From positions 2,275 through 66,274 of IMG/VR virus record IMGVR_UViG_3300011114_000356: a stretch of 64,000 nt of DNA; one strand, given 5' to 3'. Below, piece by piece: positions 28,301 through 36,650 of this stretch; the first letter of the stretch is position 1, and the number at the start of each line of letters is the position of its first letter. A program made the translations under genes and the position numbers. The stretch comes from a virus. The notes beneath the pieces were generated by a model, which had not been told where the DNA came from, ran no database searches, and saw only the letters and a program-made list of their open reading frames with translations.

Positions 28301-30908
28301 TAAGATTTTTAAATTCTTCCCATAGAGAAGTTTGGGCTACACCAGTGCTTTTTACACTTGCAAGGTGTTCTTGAAATTTTTTATCACTAAATGCTTCTGC
28401 TATAAACTCTCTAATATTTTTATGTCCATATAAAGTTGGTTTACCACGAGCAGCTTTCTTAGAGACTTCAAAAAGTTTTTCAACTTGTGCTTTAAATTCT
28501 GGATTGTAATCTATTGCATGAACTGTAGCAGCGTGAACTGCTTCATGAAGCAATACATCAAGATTAGCTTGAGGGAATATAAAGATATGATTATCAGTTC
28601 TTGTATAAAAGCCATGATAGATAAATCTTCTTCTCATTACTATGTCATTAGAATTGTAGTAATGAACTTTTTTAACTGGATCTATTGTTAATAGGTGATC
28701 TATTAATTTAAGGAAAGCTTGTTTTTGTTCTTTAGTATAATTAAATGCATCTGGATTATTAACAAGTTCATTTCTGATGCTTTCTAAAGCTTCTCCTAAA
28801 TTTTTAGAGTCTTTTGTAATAATTTGAATAAATGAAGATGGTAATTTACCTCGTGACCTCATGCCATGCGGAACTATTTTTCTTGGTCTGTTTATATGCT
28901 CTTCATATTTTTTCTCTAATAAAGATTTTCTTTCTGCACGAGCTTGAATCTTTGGACCAAGTTGTTCAATAAAAGGCTTAATATTTTCTTGCGTCAAACC
29001 CATATCATTGTATCGAGTTTGATTGATCTCATCTCTCATTTGGAATGGAAGATTTTTAAATGGCTCTAAACCAAAAGCATTCCATTCTTTTGCTGTATCT
29101 GCATTGTTAAAAGTTTGAACATATCTGTTTGCTTTAAAAATAAGTTGTGGTGGTATAGATACTGTACCATCCTCATTTTGAGTAGACTGTTGATATATCT
29201 CTTGTTGTAATTTTTGTGGAACTCTATCAAATGATATATCTTCAGAAACATTAATATCCTTATGTCCTTGGCTCCAAGCTTCTTGCATTCTATACATAGG
29301 AGCAGATAGTGGCGGTTTTTCTTCTGGCGTAGTTTCTTCAGTTGGTTTTGTTTCTTCTGGCATAGTTAAAACTGGCTTCTCAGTTTCACCTTTAACTATT
29401 CTAACTAACTCTTCTTCAATTGCTTTTCGTTCTGTAGATCCAACATCTGTCATTGCTCTTTGTTCAAGAAGACTGACAATAGATTGTGCTTGTTCTTCAT
29501 TTTGTGGAATAAAAGCTGTACCATTAGATTCATTATTAGTTAAAACTTGACCTGCTGGAACTAATTTACCGTCTTTATTTAAAACAAGATTAAGATCTCT
29601 TCCGCCATCTTTGCCTTTAAGAATATAACCAAATGCACCTATATCTTGTTGTGGATGAAGAAAATTAGAACCTTGTTTATGTTGGAAGACTTGTACTCTC
29701 TGATCTCCAGAGCCCATAATAAAACCATTATCATTTTTAATGACTTCTATAGGTTTTGTTTCTGCGACAGGAGGAACTTTTGGGGGAGCCTCTGGAGTTG
29801 GAGTTACAGGAGTAGATTCGGGAGCTGGAGCCTCAGGTGTTGCTTCTGGAGTAAAGTCAACAGGTTTGTTGTTAAGCTCATCCATCATCTTAGTGATGTC
29901 TTGAGCTGAACCAGGAGGAGTTGGAATAGTAGGTGTTGGCGTATCAGGAGTTAAATTTTTTGTTTCTTCAGGAACTTTAATCTCTTCTTGTGTTTTTTCT
30001 AGCTCTTTTTCTTGAGCTTTTTTAGCACGAGTAGATTCGTAAATATTGCCAGGAATAGATAATGCACCACCTAAGGCAGCACCACCCACAAAGTTTTCAA
30101 AATATTCTTTTCTTGCTTCTGGATCTGTTAAGTTAAGACCAGCTTGCATACGCTCTAGGACTTGTTGACCAACTTCAGTCAAGCCTTCAGCTGTCATTAC
30201 CTTACCAGTTTTCAGTGAGTATTCACCTGCAGCTCTGAGCATTGTTTTCTTAGCAATGTCTTCAGCTACATCTTCTGTGATCTTAACGCCAGCCTTAGTA
30301 AATAAATTACTAATACCTGGAATCATACGGAAACCGATAATGTCTAATGCAGCTTGCGGTACTGCAGCAGCACCCGCTTTAATAATATCTGCATCAGCTA
30401 ATGTTTTACCTTCGTCAACTTGACGACCTAAGTTACTACCTGTGTATTGACCAAACGATACACCAGCAGATGCTAGGCCAGCAGCTGTGACTGCCCCGAT
30501 ACCAGCACCTACGGCAGCTTCAGGAAGTAATGCTACACCCGCAGCAGCTGCCAAAGGAGCGGCCATATAAGCTGCAGATTGACCTGCGGTTTCTTTTAAT
30601 TTTTCTAGGGGAGCTTCTGCCCAGCTTTTTTCTGTGGGCTTGAATATGCGTTGTGCTTCTTCTTCTTTTTCTTTTCTATACTCTTCAGCTTTCTTAGTAT
30701 CCATGATACCAAGCTTACCTGCTGTAAGAGCTGTTTCGCCTTTAAGTCTTTCTACTGTAGATTTAAATCCGCCTAAAAAGCCCGTGTCAGGTCCACCCTC
30801 TGGCATCTTCTGATACGAGGTGTAACGGGATAGTAAATCAGCTTGTGTAATGTCATCAGGCACACCCGTTATAACGGTGCCATCTGGCATCTGTACATCT
30901 ATAGGCAT
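25302..30908 (-). CDS. large polyvalent virion/ejection protein with zincin motif and LPD38-like C-terminus
   Basis: 1868 aa; LLHEAVH..EFIAEAF; C-terminal FFNASVQG..PYPLGFN..NKDAFGRPI; N-terminal MPDGTVI..VPD. Confidence 0.75.
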   Translation of the reverse strand: MPIDVQMPDGTVITGVPDDITQADLLSRYTSYQKMPEGGPDTGFLGGFKSTVERLKGETALTAGKLGIMDTKKAEEYRKEKEEEAQRIFKPTEKSWAEAPLEKLKETAGQSAAYMAAPLAAAAGVALLPEAAVGAGIGAVTAAGLASAGVSFGQYTGSNLGRQVDEGKTLADADIIKAGAAAVPQAALDIIGFRMIPGISNLFTKAGVKITEDVAEDIAKKTMLRAAGEYSLKTGKVMTAEGLTEVGQQVLERMQAGLNLTDPEARKEYFENFVGGAALGGALSIPGNIYESTRAKKAQEKELEKTQEEIKVPEETKNLTPDTPTPTIPTPPGSAQDITKMMDELNNKPVDFTPEATPEAPAPESTPVTPTPEAPPKVPPVAETKPIEVIKNDNGFIMGSGDQRVQVFQHKQGSNFLHPQQDIGAFGYILKGKDGGRDLNLVLNKDGKLVPAGQVLTNNESNGTAFIPQNEEQAQSIVSLLEQRAMTDVGSTERKAIEEELVRIVKGETEKPVLTMPEETKPTEETTPEEKPPLSAPMYRMQEAWSQGHKDINVSEDISFDRVPQKLQQEIYQQSTQNEDGTVSIPPQLIFKANRYVQTFNNADTAKEWNAFGLEPFKNLPFQMRDEINQTRYNDMGLTQENIKPFIEQLGPKIQARAERKSLLEKKYEEHINRPRKIVPHGMRSRGKLPSSFIQIITKDSKNLGEALESIRNELVNNPDAFNYTKEQKQAFLKLIDHLLTIDPVKKVHYYNSNDIVMRRRFIYHGFYTRTDNHIFIFPQANLDVLLHEAVHAATVHAIDYNPEFKAQVEKLFEVSKKAARGKPTLYGHKNIREFIAEAFSDKKFQEHLASVKSTGVAQTSLWEEFKNLIKKMLNVSPDEATLFDDVMNVSGNLFTGKDLPGFMGEMKARGRYSDVLPSGKEVEPSGIRERIQRIFRRPQEIPAEIPQNTATNIYGQQVEGVWHGPTESKLDNILYHLQDKLIDTKRVQEIIQKAGRDIGNEWDVYGKEKLYHGRTADGLRQFLLKDLLPVINEMHSLKVTPEEMETFLHARHAEERNIQMNKINPDNAELRDKASGMSTADARAFLSNLNADKKRVLEQLAGKFDSMIRGTQQVLVDSGAETQSTVDLWNDMYKHYVPLFRKEDEIARAPGLVGVGQGLGSRGTFSKRAMGSLKAVDDILGNIIAQRERALIRAEKIRVGRALFGLVLQNANPKFWLAINPDAVKSKEALIAELNSLGLDDPEYLANNLMKEPTERYLKKQTQVTYDPDTGLPIDSTKEVVDSKINILNRYKDNVFPVRINGKDRYIFFNAKDPRALRMVQALRNLDVEQVSSVVGLLGQFTRWFKNVNTQYNPIFGFVNLNRDVQGALLNLSTTPIKGEQKAVLAGVLPAMRGVLNVLRDERKGITDTQGPWAQLFKDARANGFQTGYRESLVRTAEEKKFIQHTLDKMKDNNAKKAFGYIVNSLSDFNDMMENAIRLSAYKVALDKGLSKQDAAILAKDLTVNFDKKGQLTSNINSLYAFFNASVQGTDRIARTLLGPAGRKIIYGGMIAGGVQGVMLAAAGYGDDDPPEFVRERNFIVPLAGGKYMTIPYPLGFNIFPNFGRTAVELWLYGKPGERMANLSAAIADSFNPLGSTGFSLQTITPTALDPLMAVGQNKDAFGRPIFRPDRSTNPTPGYTRSRESSSEISKQLAYYLNLASGGSKYQKGYYSPTADEIDYYGGQLTGGLGREIMKVGQAVKSVSTGEELPSYRVPLAGRFYGEVGSQAAISQRFYKNITEMANYEQEAKGRRKNREDMSDFFKDHPEARLWRQANTVENKINALNKKKRELIDKKAPKERLQQIEEQKARMMEKFNNKVKALQKSAE

Positions 30909-30910
30909 AC

Positions 30911-33067
30911 TTATTTACCTTTTGGTAATTGGCCAAAGGATACTGTTTTTGTTGCTGTTGGTGCTGGTGTTGCTGGTGTTAAAGATAAATACTTTGCTGC
31001 ATCAGGACTGCTTACTAATGCCTTAAGAGCCATTTTGTTTGAAAGGTCATCAATCTGTTCATCAGTAAGTTCTTGTGCACGGTTAGGATTAGCTCTATAA
31101 AGTTGTGTTGCATATTTCTCTTTAAGATCACCATATAATTTAGTGTACGCAAGTTTGTTTGCATCTTCTTTAGTTTGAGCAAGATTAGCTGCTTGTATCT
31201 CAAGTCCTCTAAGGCCAATAAGTTTATTCTCTTTAGCAGTTTGAGCTTGAATACCATAGCCAAGTAATTGTGCTTTACGTGCATCTTCTGCTTTTTCAGC
31301 TTCCACAGCTTGTTGTAAGAGAAGTTTCTTATCTGCTTGGTTAAGGCCAAGTTCTTTAGCATAGTAATCTAACGCATCAGCACCTGCTTCACCAATATTA
31401 GTTAATGCATATGGTGATGTGCCTGCCATCATTTTTAAGCCAAAACGAGTGAGAGCTTCTGGGCCAGACATTCTTGTTCTATCTGCAATAGATTTTTCAA
31501 TAGCTTGTCTTTGTGCTTGAGTGTTTACACTTTCAGTAGGTTGTTTCCACCAATTTTTAATTGCACCTACAAAGTCACCACCAGCAAATGGATCATTAGG
31601 ATCTACTGGAGCTGCTGCTACAGGAGCTTTTTCTTTTGCTTTAGGTGCAGCCTTAGGTGCAGCTTTAGGTATATCACCACCACCTACGAATGCTAATAAA
31701 CCACCACCCGCCATATTAACCATGTCGCCTGTACCAATCGTATCCAATCCTATACGATTTTGTGGTGCCATAGCCATTTGACTTGGATCTGGCATAGTTG
31801 TAGTAGGTAATGGTTGAGACATAATATTACCAGCTAATGGATTAGCTTTAATATAACTACGATCTTGCATTAGTTCTTGTGCATATAGTTTATCCATAAG
31901 ATCAGATCTTGGATTCATTGCAACTTGACCTAATTGTGGATCAGTAAAGCTCTTCATTGGAACTGCTGTACCACCACCTGCCATTTTCTTAATAGATGTT
32001 AATCCACCAGCTTTCTGACCACCGCCAAATTGATTAGCCATTGAAGCTAAACCAAGACCAGCTGTACCAAGACCTGCCAATTGAGATACTGCACTTGGAG
32101 GTGCTTGATACATTTGTGTAGAAGATTGTTGCATTGGTAAACCACGGAGCATAGAGTTGAGAACACCCAATTGCATGAATGGGTATTGTTGTTCTGTAGC
32201 GTAGTTTTGAATAGCTTGGTTGATAATGTTTTGTTGTTGTTGCTGTTGTTGTTGACCAAGTTGATTCTGAATATTAAAGATTCCTTGTTGTGCTTGTAGT
32301 TGTTGACCACCAAGACCAGCCAATTGATTAGCAGCAGCAAGTTGTTGTGCCAATGCACCAGCTTGAGCTTGTTGACCTTGAAGTCCTAAGTTAGCACCAA
32401 ATTGTTGAGCTTGTTGTGCTTGATTAAATGCTTGGTTGTAACCTTGACCAATAAGCTGATTCATTTGTTGATTCATGTTACGTCTATTTTCAGCAGCCAT
32501 AAGAGCTTCACGAGTTCCACCAAATGCACCAGCACGAGCAGCCTGACCTTGTTGTTGTTGGCCAGTAATATCATATTGTCTACGAGCTTCAGCTAATTGT
32601 GGAGCTAAAGATGCAGATAGATATGGGTTCATGTAAGCTTGTGTGGCATATGGGTTTGTAGCCATGTTTGCATAGTTAGCACCAGCCATTCCCATTTGTG
32701 GGGCTAATGCACCAATTTGCATACCAGTGCCTAATGTTTGCCCTGTAGCTAAACCGTAGTTAGCTGGAAGATTTAAGTTTGCTGCACCAGATTGTGCATA
32801 TTGTTGTAGCGGTGAAAAGCCAGCAACATATTTTGTAGGATCAGCTGAATAAGGAACATATTTATTAAATGTCTTCATGCTAGGATCATAGATTTGAGCC
32901 TGCGTAGCATTAAGCATATTCTCTACATATGGACGTGCGTATTCTGGGATATTAGTTGTATAGCTAGTAGACTGTGTTGGTTGAGCTGAACCACCCCCGC
33001 CACCGCCTTTACCCTTGTTATATCCAGGATGTTGTAATACACCGATTCTAAATTTATTGTTAAACAT
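30911..33067 (-). CDS. internal virion (ejection/pilot) protein
   Basis: Q/A/G-rich; AGAFGGTR; MAGGG repeats. Confidence 0.7.
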   Translation of the reverse strand: MFNNKFRIGVLQHPGYNKGKGGGGGGSAQPTQSTSYTTNIPEYARPYVENMLNATQAQIYDPSMKTFNKYVPYSADPTKYVAGFSPLQQYAQSGAANLNLPANYGLATGQTLGTGMQIGALAPQMGMAGANYANMATNPYATQAYMNPYLSASLAPQLAEARRQYDITGQQQQGQAARAGAFGGTREALMAAENRRNMNQQMNQLIGQGYNQAFNQAQQAQQFGANLGLQGQQAQAGALAQQLAAANQLAGLGGQQLQAQQGIFNIQNQLGQQQQQQQQNIINQAIQNYATEQQYPFMQLGVLNSMLRGLPMQQSSTQMYQAPPSAVSQLAGLGTAGLGLASMANQFGGGQKAGGLTSIKKMAGGGTAVPMKSFTDPQLGQVAMNPRSDLMDKLYAQELMQDRSYIKANPLAGNIMSQPLPTTTMPDPSQMAMAPQNRIGLDTIGTGDMVNMAGGGLLAFVGGGDIPKAAPKAAPKAKEKAPVAAAPVDPNDPFAGGDFVGAIKNWWKQPTESVNTQAQRQAIEKSIADRTRMSGPEALTRFGLKMMAGTSPYALTNIGEAGADALDYYAKELGLNQADKKLLLQQAVEAEKAEDARKAQLLGYGIQAQTAKENKLIGLRGLEIQAANLAQTKEDANKLAYTKLYGDLKEKYATQLYRANPNRAQELTDEQIDDLSNKMALKALVSSPDAAKYLSLTPATPAPTATKTVSFGQLPKGK

Positions 33068-33069
33068 AA

Positions 33070-33489
33070 TTAATTGTCCACTGGTAATTCATAAAAAACA
33101 AACCTTGCCTTATATCCTTCAGCTTCCCAGAACTTCTTCCAACCTGGTCTACCGTAGGACTCCATAACTTCTACTCCATGATCCTTGCAAAATCTTACAA
33201 GTATTGGAAAGCCTACAACTCTCCAACTATGAAAATCTTTTCCGCCTACAAAGTGCAACATTAAAACTCTTTTACGAGGGTAATCATAAATCTCTGTAAT
33301 CCAGAAACCTACAACACCTCTTTCGTCAAAAGCAATCCATAATTGCTGTGCTGGATTGTTAATAACCCCTTGACGCATATCATCTGCAGTATAACGACCA
33401 TAAGTGTATTTAGCACACTTCTCTGCATAAGCATTTATATCTGGCCATACACGATCAATATATTCTTTAGGTACTAAAGAGACATCCAT
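33070..33489 (-). CDS. GNAT-like protein of the podovirus ejection module
   Basis: QLWIAF..HFVGG..ESYGRPGW. Confidence 0.6.
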   Translation of the reverse strand: MDVSLVPKEYIDRVWPDINAYAEKCAKYTYGRYTADDMRQGVINNPAQQLWIAFDERGVVGFWITEIYDYPRKRVLMLHFVGGKDFHSWRVVGFPILVRFCKDHGVEVMESYGRPGWKKFWEAEGYKARFVFYELPVDN

Positions 33490-34130
33490 TAGATCTGTGT
33501 GTTGTTTCTATTCATCATAAAAGATAACTGTTGTAATGCATCAGGTCCTGTAGCTCCTGGAGGAGGTGCAACATTATTATTAGTATTGCCACCACCAGCA
33601 GATGTATTGCTTGATGTATAGTAATTACCATAAGGATTCCAGTTTTGTCCTTGATAACCACCATAAGGACGACCATTTAATCCTGGACGGCTAAACATAG
33701 ATTCTTGTTGTTGACCATATGGAATACCACCAAAAGAACCTACAGTGCCTTGCGGTGCATATGGGTTTGTATTTTGTTGATTAAATACACCAGAACTATA
33801 TAACCCAGCTAATACAGATGCTAAACCACTATCACTATTCACACCATTGTTAAATGCTTCACCAGTAGGCTGTTGGTATGATGAGTTATAAACCTGCGGT
33901 TCAGTTGTTGATGGTTGAAAGTTATTAGTGTTTAAAGAATTTCCTAAGTAGTTTCTATCTGTTTGTCCAACCATTCCACCCAATATAGATGTTAAAAGAT
34001 TTCCTGATGAACCTGAGTTATTTGTTGTGTAATATTGTTTTCTTGATGAATCATAATACACTGGCTGACCATTGCTTGTTGCTTGGCCTCCACCTTTACC
34101 TGATCCACCTACTCCACTACCCATACCCAT
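33489..34130 (-). CDS. low-complexity virion-associated protein
   Basis: G/N/Q/S-rich; between ejection genes. Confidence 0.55.
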   Translation of the reverse strand: MGMGSGVGGSGKGGGQATSNGQPVYYDSSRKQYYTTNNSGSSGNLLTSILGGMVGQTDRNYLGNSLNTNNFQPSTTEPQVYNSSYQQPTGEAFNNGVNSDSGLASVLAGLYSSGVFNQQNTNPYAPQGTVGSFGGIPYGQQQESMFSRPGLNGRPYGGYQGQNWNPYGNYYTSSNTSAGGGNTNNNVAPPPGATGPDALQQLSFMMNRNNTQI

Positions 34131-34139
34131 AATCTTGTC

Positions 34140-35714
34140 CTATGCTGGTAATAATTTATATGCTTTAGTATCTGCTGCTATATCTTTTGCTTTAGCACGT
34201 TTAGCTTTAACACGATCCATCATATCATATAAACGTTTAGCACCAGCATCTGTTGAACCATTGCCTAATTCAGAAACAATTCTTGCTGGTATAACAAACT
34301 CACCTTCAGCTAATCTTGCTGGTTGCTTACCTGCAATAGAAGCTGGAATAGAATCAGACACGCCATCACCTGGGCCTTTAAGTAATCGACCACCATCTGA
34401 GTAATCACCTAAACCACTATGCATAATACCACCTGACTTAGCTGATTTATAGTAATCATTTAATATTTGTTGTTGAGCTTGTTGAGCCATGACTTCATCA
34501 CTTAATGCTGGTTCTGTATTAATAGCACCTAATGTGCCAATAGATTCTAAATCTGGTAATCGTTTTGTTGACATACCAGTTGATTTTTTAATATCTTTTA
34601 AAACTGCTAATGATCTCTCATAAGGATCTAATCCAGCGTATTTTCTTTCATCTTCATAGATGCCTACATCGCCTTGTTCTGGTATTTGTGCCATAGGTCT
34701 TTTAGTTGCCATTCCAATACCAGACATTACATCTTGACTAGATCTAAGTATTTTAGATGCATCTACTGATCTGCCTTTTGCATATCTTTCAACATCAGCT
34801 AAACCACCATCGTTCATACCATATGGACGTGCTCTGTAGTCTGGATATTGTGCTGTGTAATATGGATTAGGCTGTGTTGGGAAAGAACCTTTAAAGTCAG
34901 GACTTAATCGTTTTAATCCAAATGGGTTTTGATCTTGAGTTGTGTTAGGAATTTTTCCATAATTTGGTTTTAATGCTTCCAAAGCTAATGGTGATAATGC
35001 CATAGCTGTATTCCAACCAACACCATCACGAGAGAAAAATTCACCAGGTTTATCTTTAATGCCTTGTAGTCCAGTAGTAAATTTATCCCATTCAGACATT
35101 GGAGGAGTGCTAAAACCAGAAGACGCTACTTGTCTTGCCATTTCAGGAGCTATGGTTTGTCCTGTTGCAGTTTTTGTTCCTACTGCACCAATATTAGCTA
35201 AACCACCCGTAGTATCTATGAGTTGTGGGGATCCTAACATAGACGGTGCACCCATGGTATTAATTGGTGTATAAACAGAAGTATCTAATGCGGCATTTTG
35301 AACAGCAGCAGTTTGTGCACCAACTACATCACCGCCTTTTTGTACAAGATTTGCTGCATTTTTAATATCTCCAGCTAACTTACCGCCTGACCATGCACCA
35401 AGACCTGCCATGATGCCTTGACCAATATCTCCAGTCATTGCATAGCTTAAGAGTCCTACACCACCAGCAATCCATGGAAGCATAGATGCTGGAGCAAATG
35501 CTGCACCAGCCGCTCCTAAAACGGTAGGCACAATGGCATCTAAAAAGCCAGCTTCTGGAAGTCCTGTTTTAGGGTTCTTTGATAATGGTTGACCAAGATG
35601 GTCTAAAGATAACTTATTAAGAGCTTTAAGCTCGTTAGGAGTCATGTGGACTAGATGGGTATCTTTTCCACGTCCTTGGGATTCTAAATGTTTGGCGGCT
35701 AGGGCTAGACTCAT
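34140..35714 (-). CDS. internal virion protein
   Basis: GRGKDTHLVHM..NPKTGLPEA; C-terminal GPGDGVSDSIPA..RLAEGEFVIPA. Confidence 0.7.
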   Translation of the reverse strand: MSLALAAKHLESQGRGKDTHLVHMTPNELKALNKLSLDHLGQPLSKNPKTGLPEAGFLDAIVPTVLGAAGAAFAPASMLPWIAGGVGLLSYAMTGDIGQGIMAGLGAWSGGKLAGDIKNAANLVQKGGDVVGAQTAAVQNAALDTSVYTPINTMGAPSMLGSPQLIDTTGGLANIGAVGTKTATGQTIAPEMARQVASSGFSTPPMSEWDKFTTGLQGIKDKPGEFFSRDGVGWNTAMALSPLALEALKPNYGKIPNTTQDQNPFGLKRLSPDFKGSFPTQPNPYYTAQYPDYRARPYGMNDGGLADVERYAKGRSVDASKILRSSQDVMSGIGMATKRPMAQIPEQGDVGIYEDERKYAGLDPYERSLAVLKDIKKSTGMSTKRLPDLESIGTLGAINTEPALSDEVMAQQAQQQILNDYYKSAKSGGIMHSGLGDYSDGGRLLKGPGDGVSDSIPASIAGKQPARLAEGEFVIPARIVSELGNGSTDAGAKRLYDMMDRVKAKRAKAKDIAADTKAYKLLPA

Positions 35715-35789
35715 AATTTCACCATAATGTTAATATTGACATTTTAAACTATTTCTACTAAAAATCATTGCTTTTTCTTGCCTTTCTTA

Positions 35790-36650
35790 CTAGTACAAGG
35801 CTGATACAAACGTTGCTGTCAGTATGACTGACGGGGATGCTGGATGCACAGGAGCTGTTCCAGGTGGATAAGTACCAGCTACCGTATTGCCTGAGTTTGA
35901 AGCCATCATCAACTGAATATTACCCCCTGCATTTACAGCTACCACTAAGTTCCAAGAGATAATTGCAGCACCTATACCACCAGCGTGTTTTGATGGTATT
36001 GATACAATCCCAGCTGTATTAGGTATATCAACCGTATTCTGTCTAAACCAAAGTGTTACGTTGTCTATTGAACTAGTAGCATTTATAAGTTGAATACTAA
36101 ACTGGATGTTGTAATATCCAGACACAGCAAATACAACTTTTGTGTTGTCTAAAGGGTCTAAAGCTACTTGATTGCTAGCATCTGTTGTATCAAACGGAAT
36201 AGCTAAAGCTGTAGTTGAAGATGGTACTGCCTGAGCTTCTGAAACATAAACACCCGCAGCATGTGAAGAACCAGTAGATCCATATGCAGACCGAGTAATT
36301 CCTGTAAACGTAGTTGCAGTTTTGCCTGTGTATCTAATTAGTTCTTGTTCAATAAGAATAGTGCCAGCAGATGCAAACCCAGCAGTAGAACCAACCACTA
36401 TAGTAGCGGTTGAAGAGCTGTTAGGGATTGCATTAGTTAAGGTAGTATATCCATCTTGATGAAACGCACCATTAGGAAATCTAATTAAACCGCCACCAAT
36501 GTTACTAGCTAAAGCTCTTGTATAGTTATCTAATTGGTTAAAATACAAACGTAAGATATTTGAATACTGATCTTCGTATTGTTTTTGATAATCTTCCGTA
36601 GCAACAGGTAAACTTGGTGCAATTGTATTTCTTAATACATTATCAGCCAT
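35790..36650 (-). CDS. tail needle/spike-like protein
   Basis: Downstream of nozzle; LRLYFNQLD coiled coil, C1q-like beta C-terminus. Confidence 0.55.
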   Translation of the reverse strand: MADNVLRNTIAPSLPVATEDYQKQYEDQYSNILRLYFNQLDNYTRALASNIGGGLIRFPNGAFHQDGYTTLTNAIPNSSSTATIVVGSTAGFASAGTILIEQELIRYTGKTATTFTGITRSAYGSTGSSHAAGVYVSEAQAVPSSTTALAIPFDTTDASNQVALDPLDNTKVVFAVSGYYNIQFSIQLINATSSIDNVTLWFRQNTVDIPNTAGIVSIPSKHAGGIGAAIISWNLVVAVNAGGNIQLMMASNSGNTVAGTYPPGTAPVHPASPSVILTATFVSALY

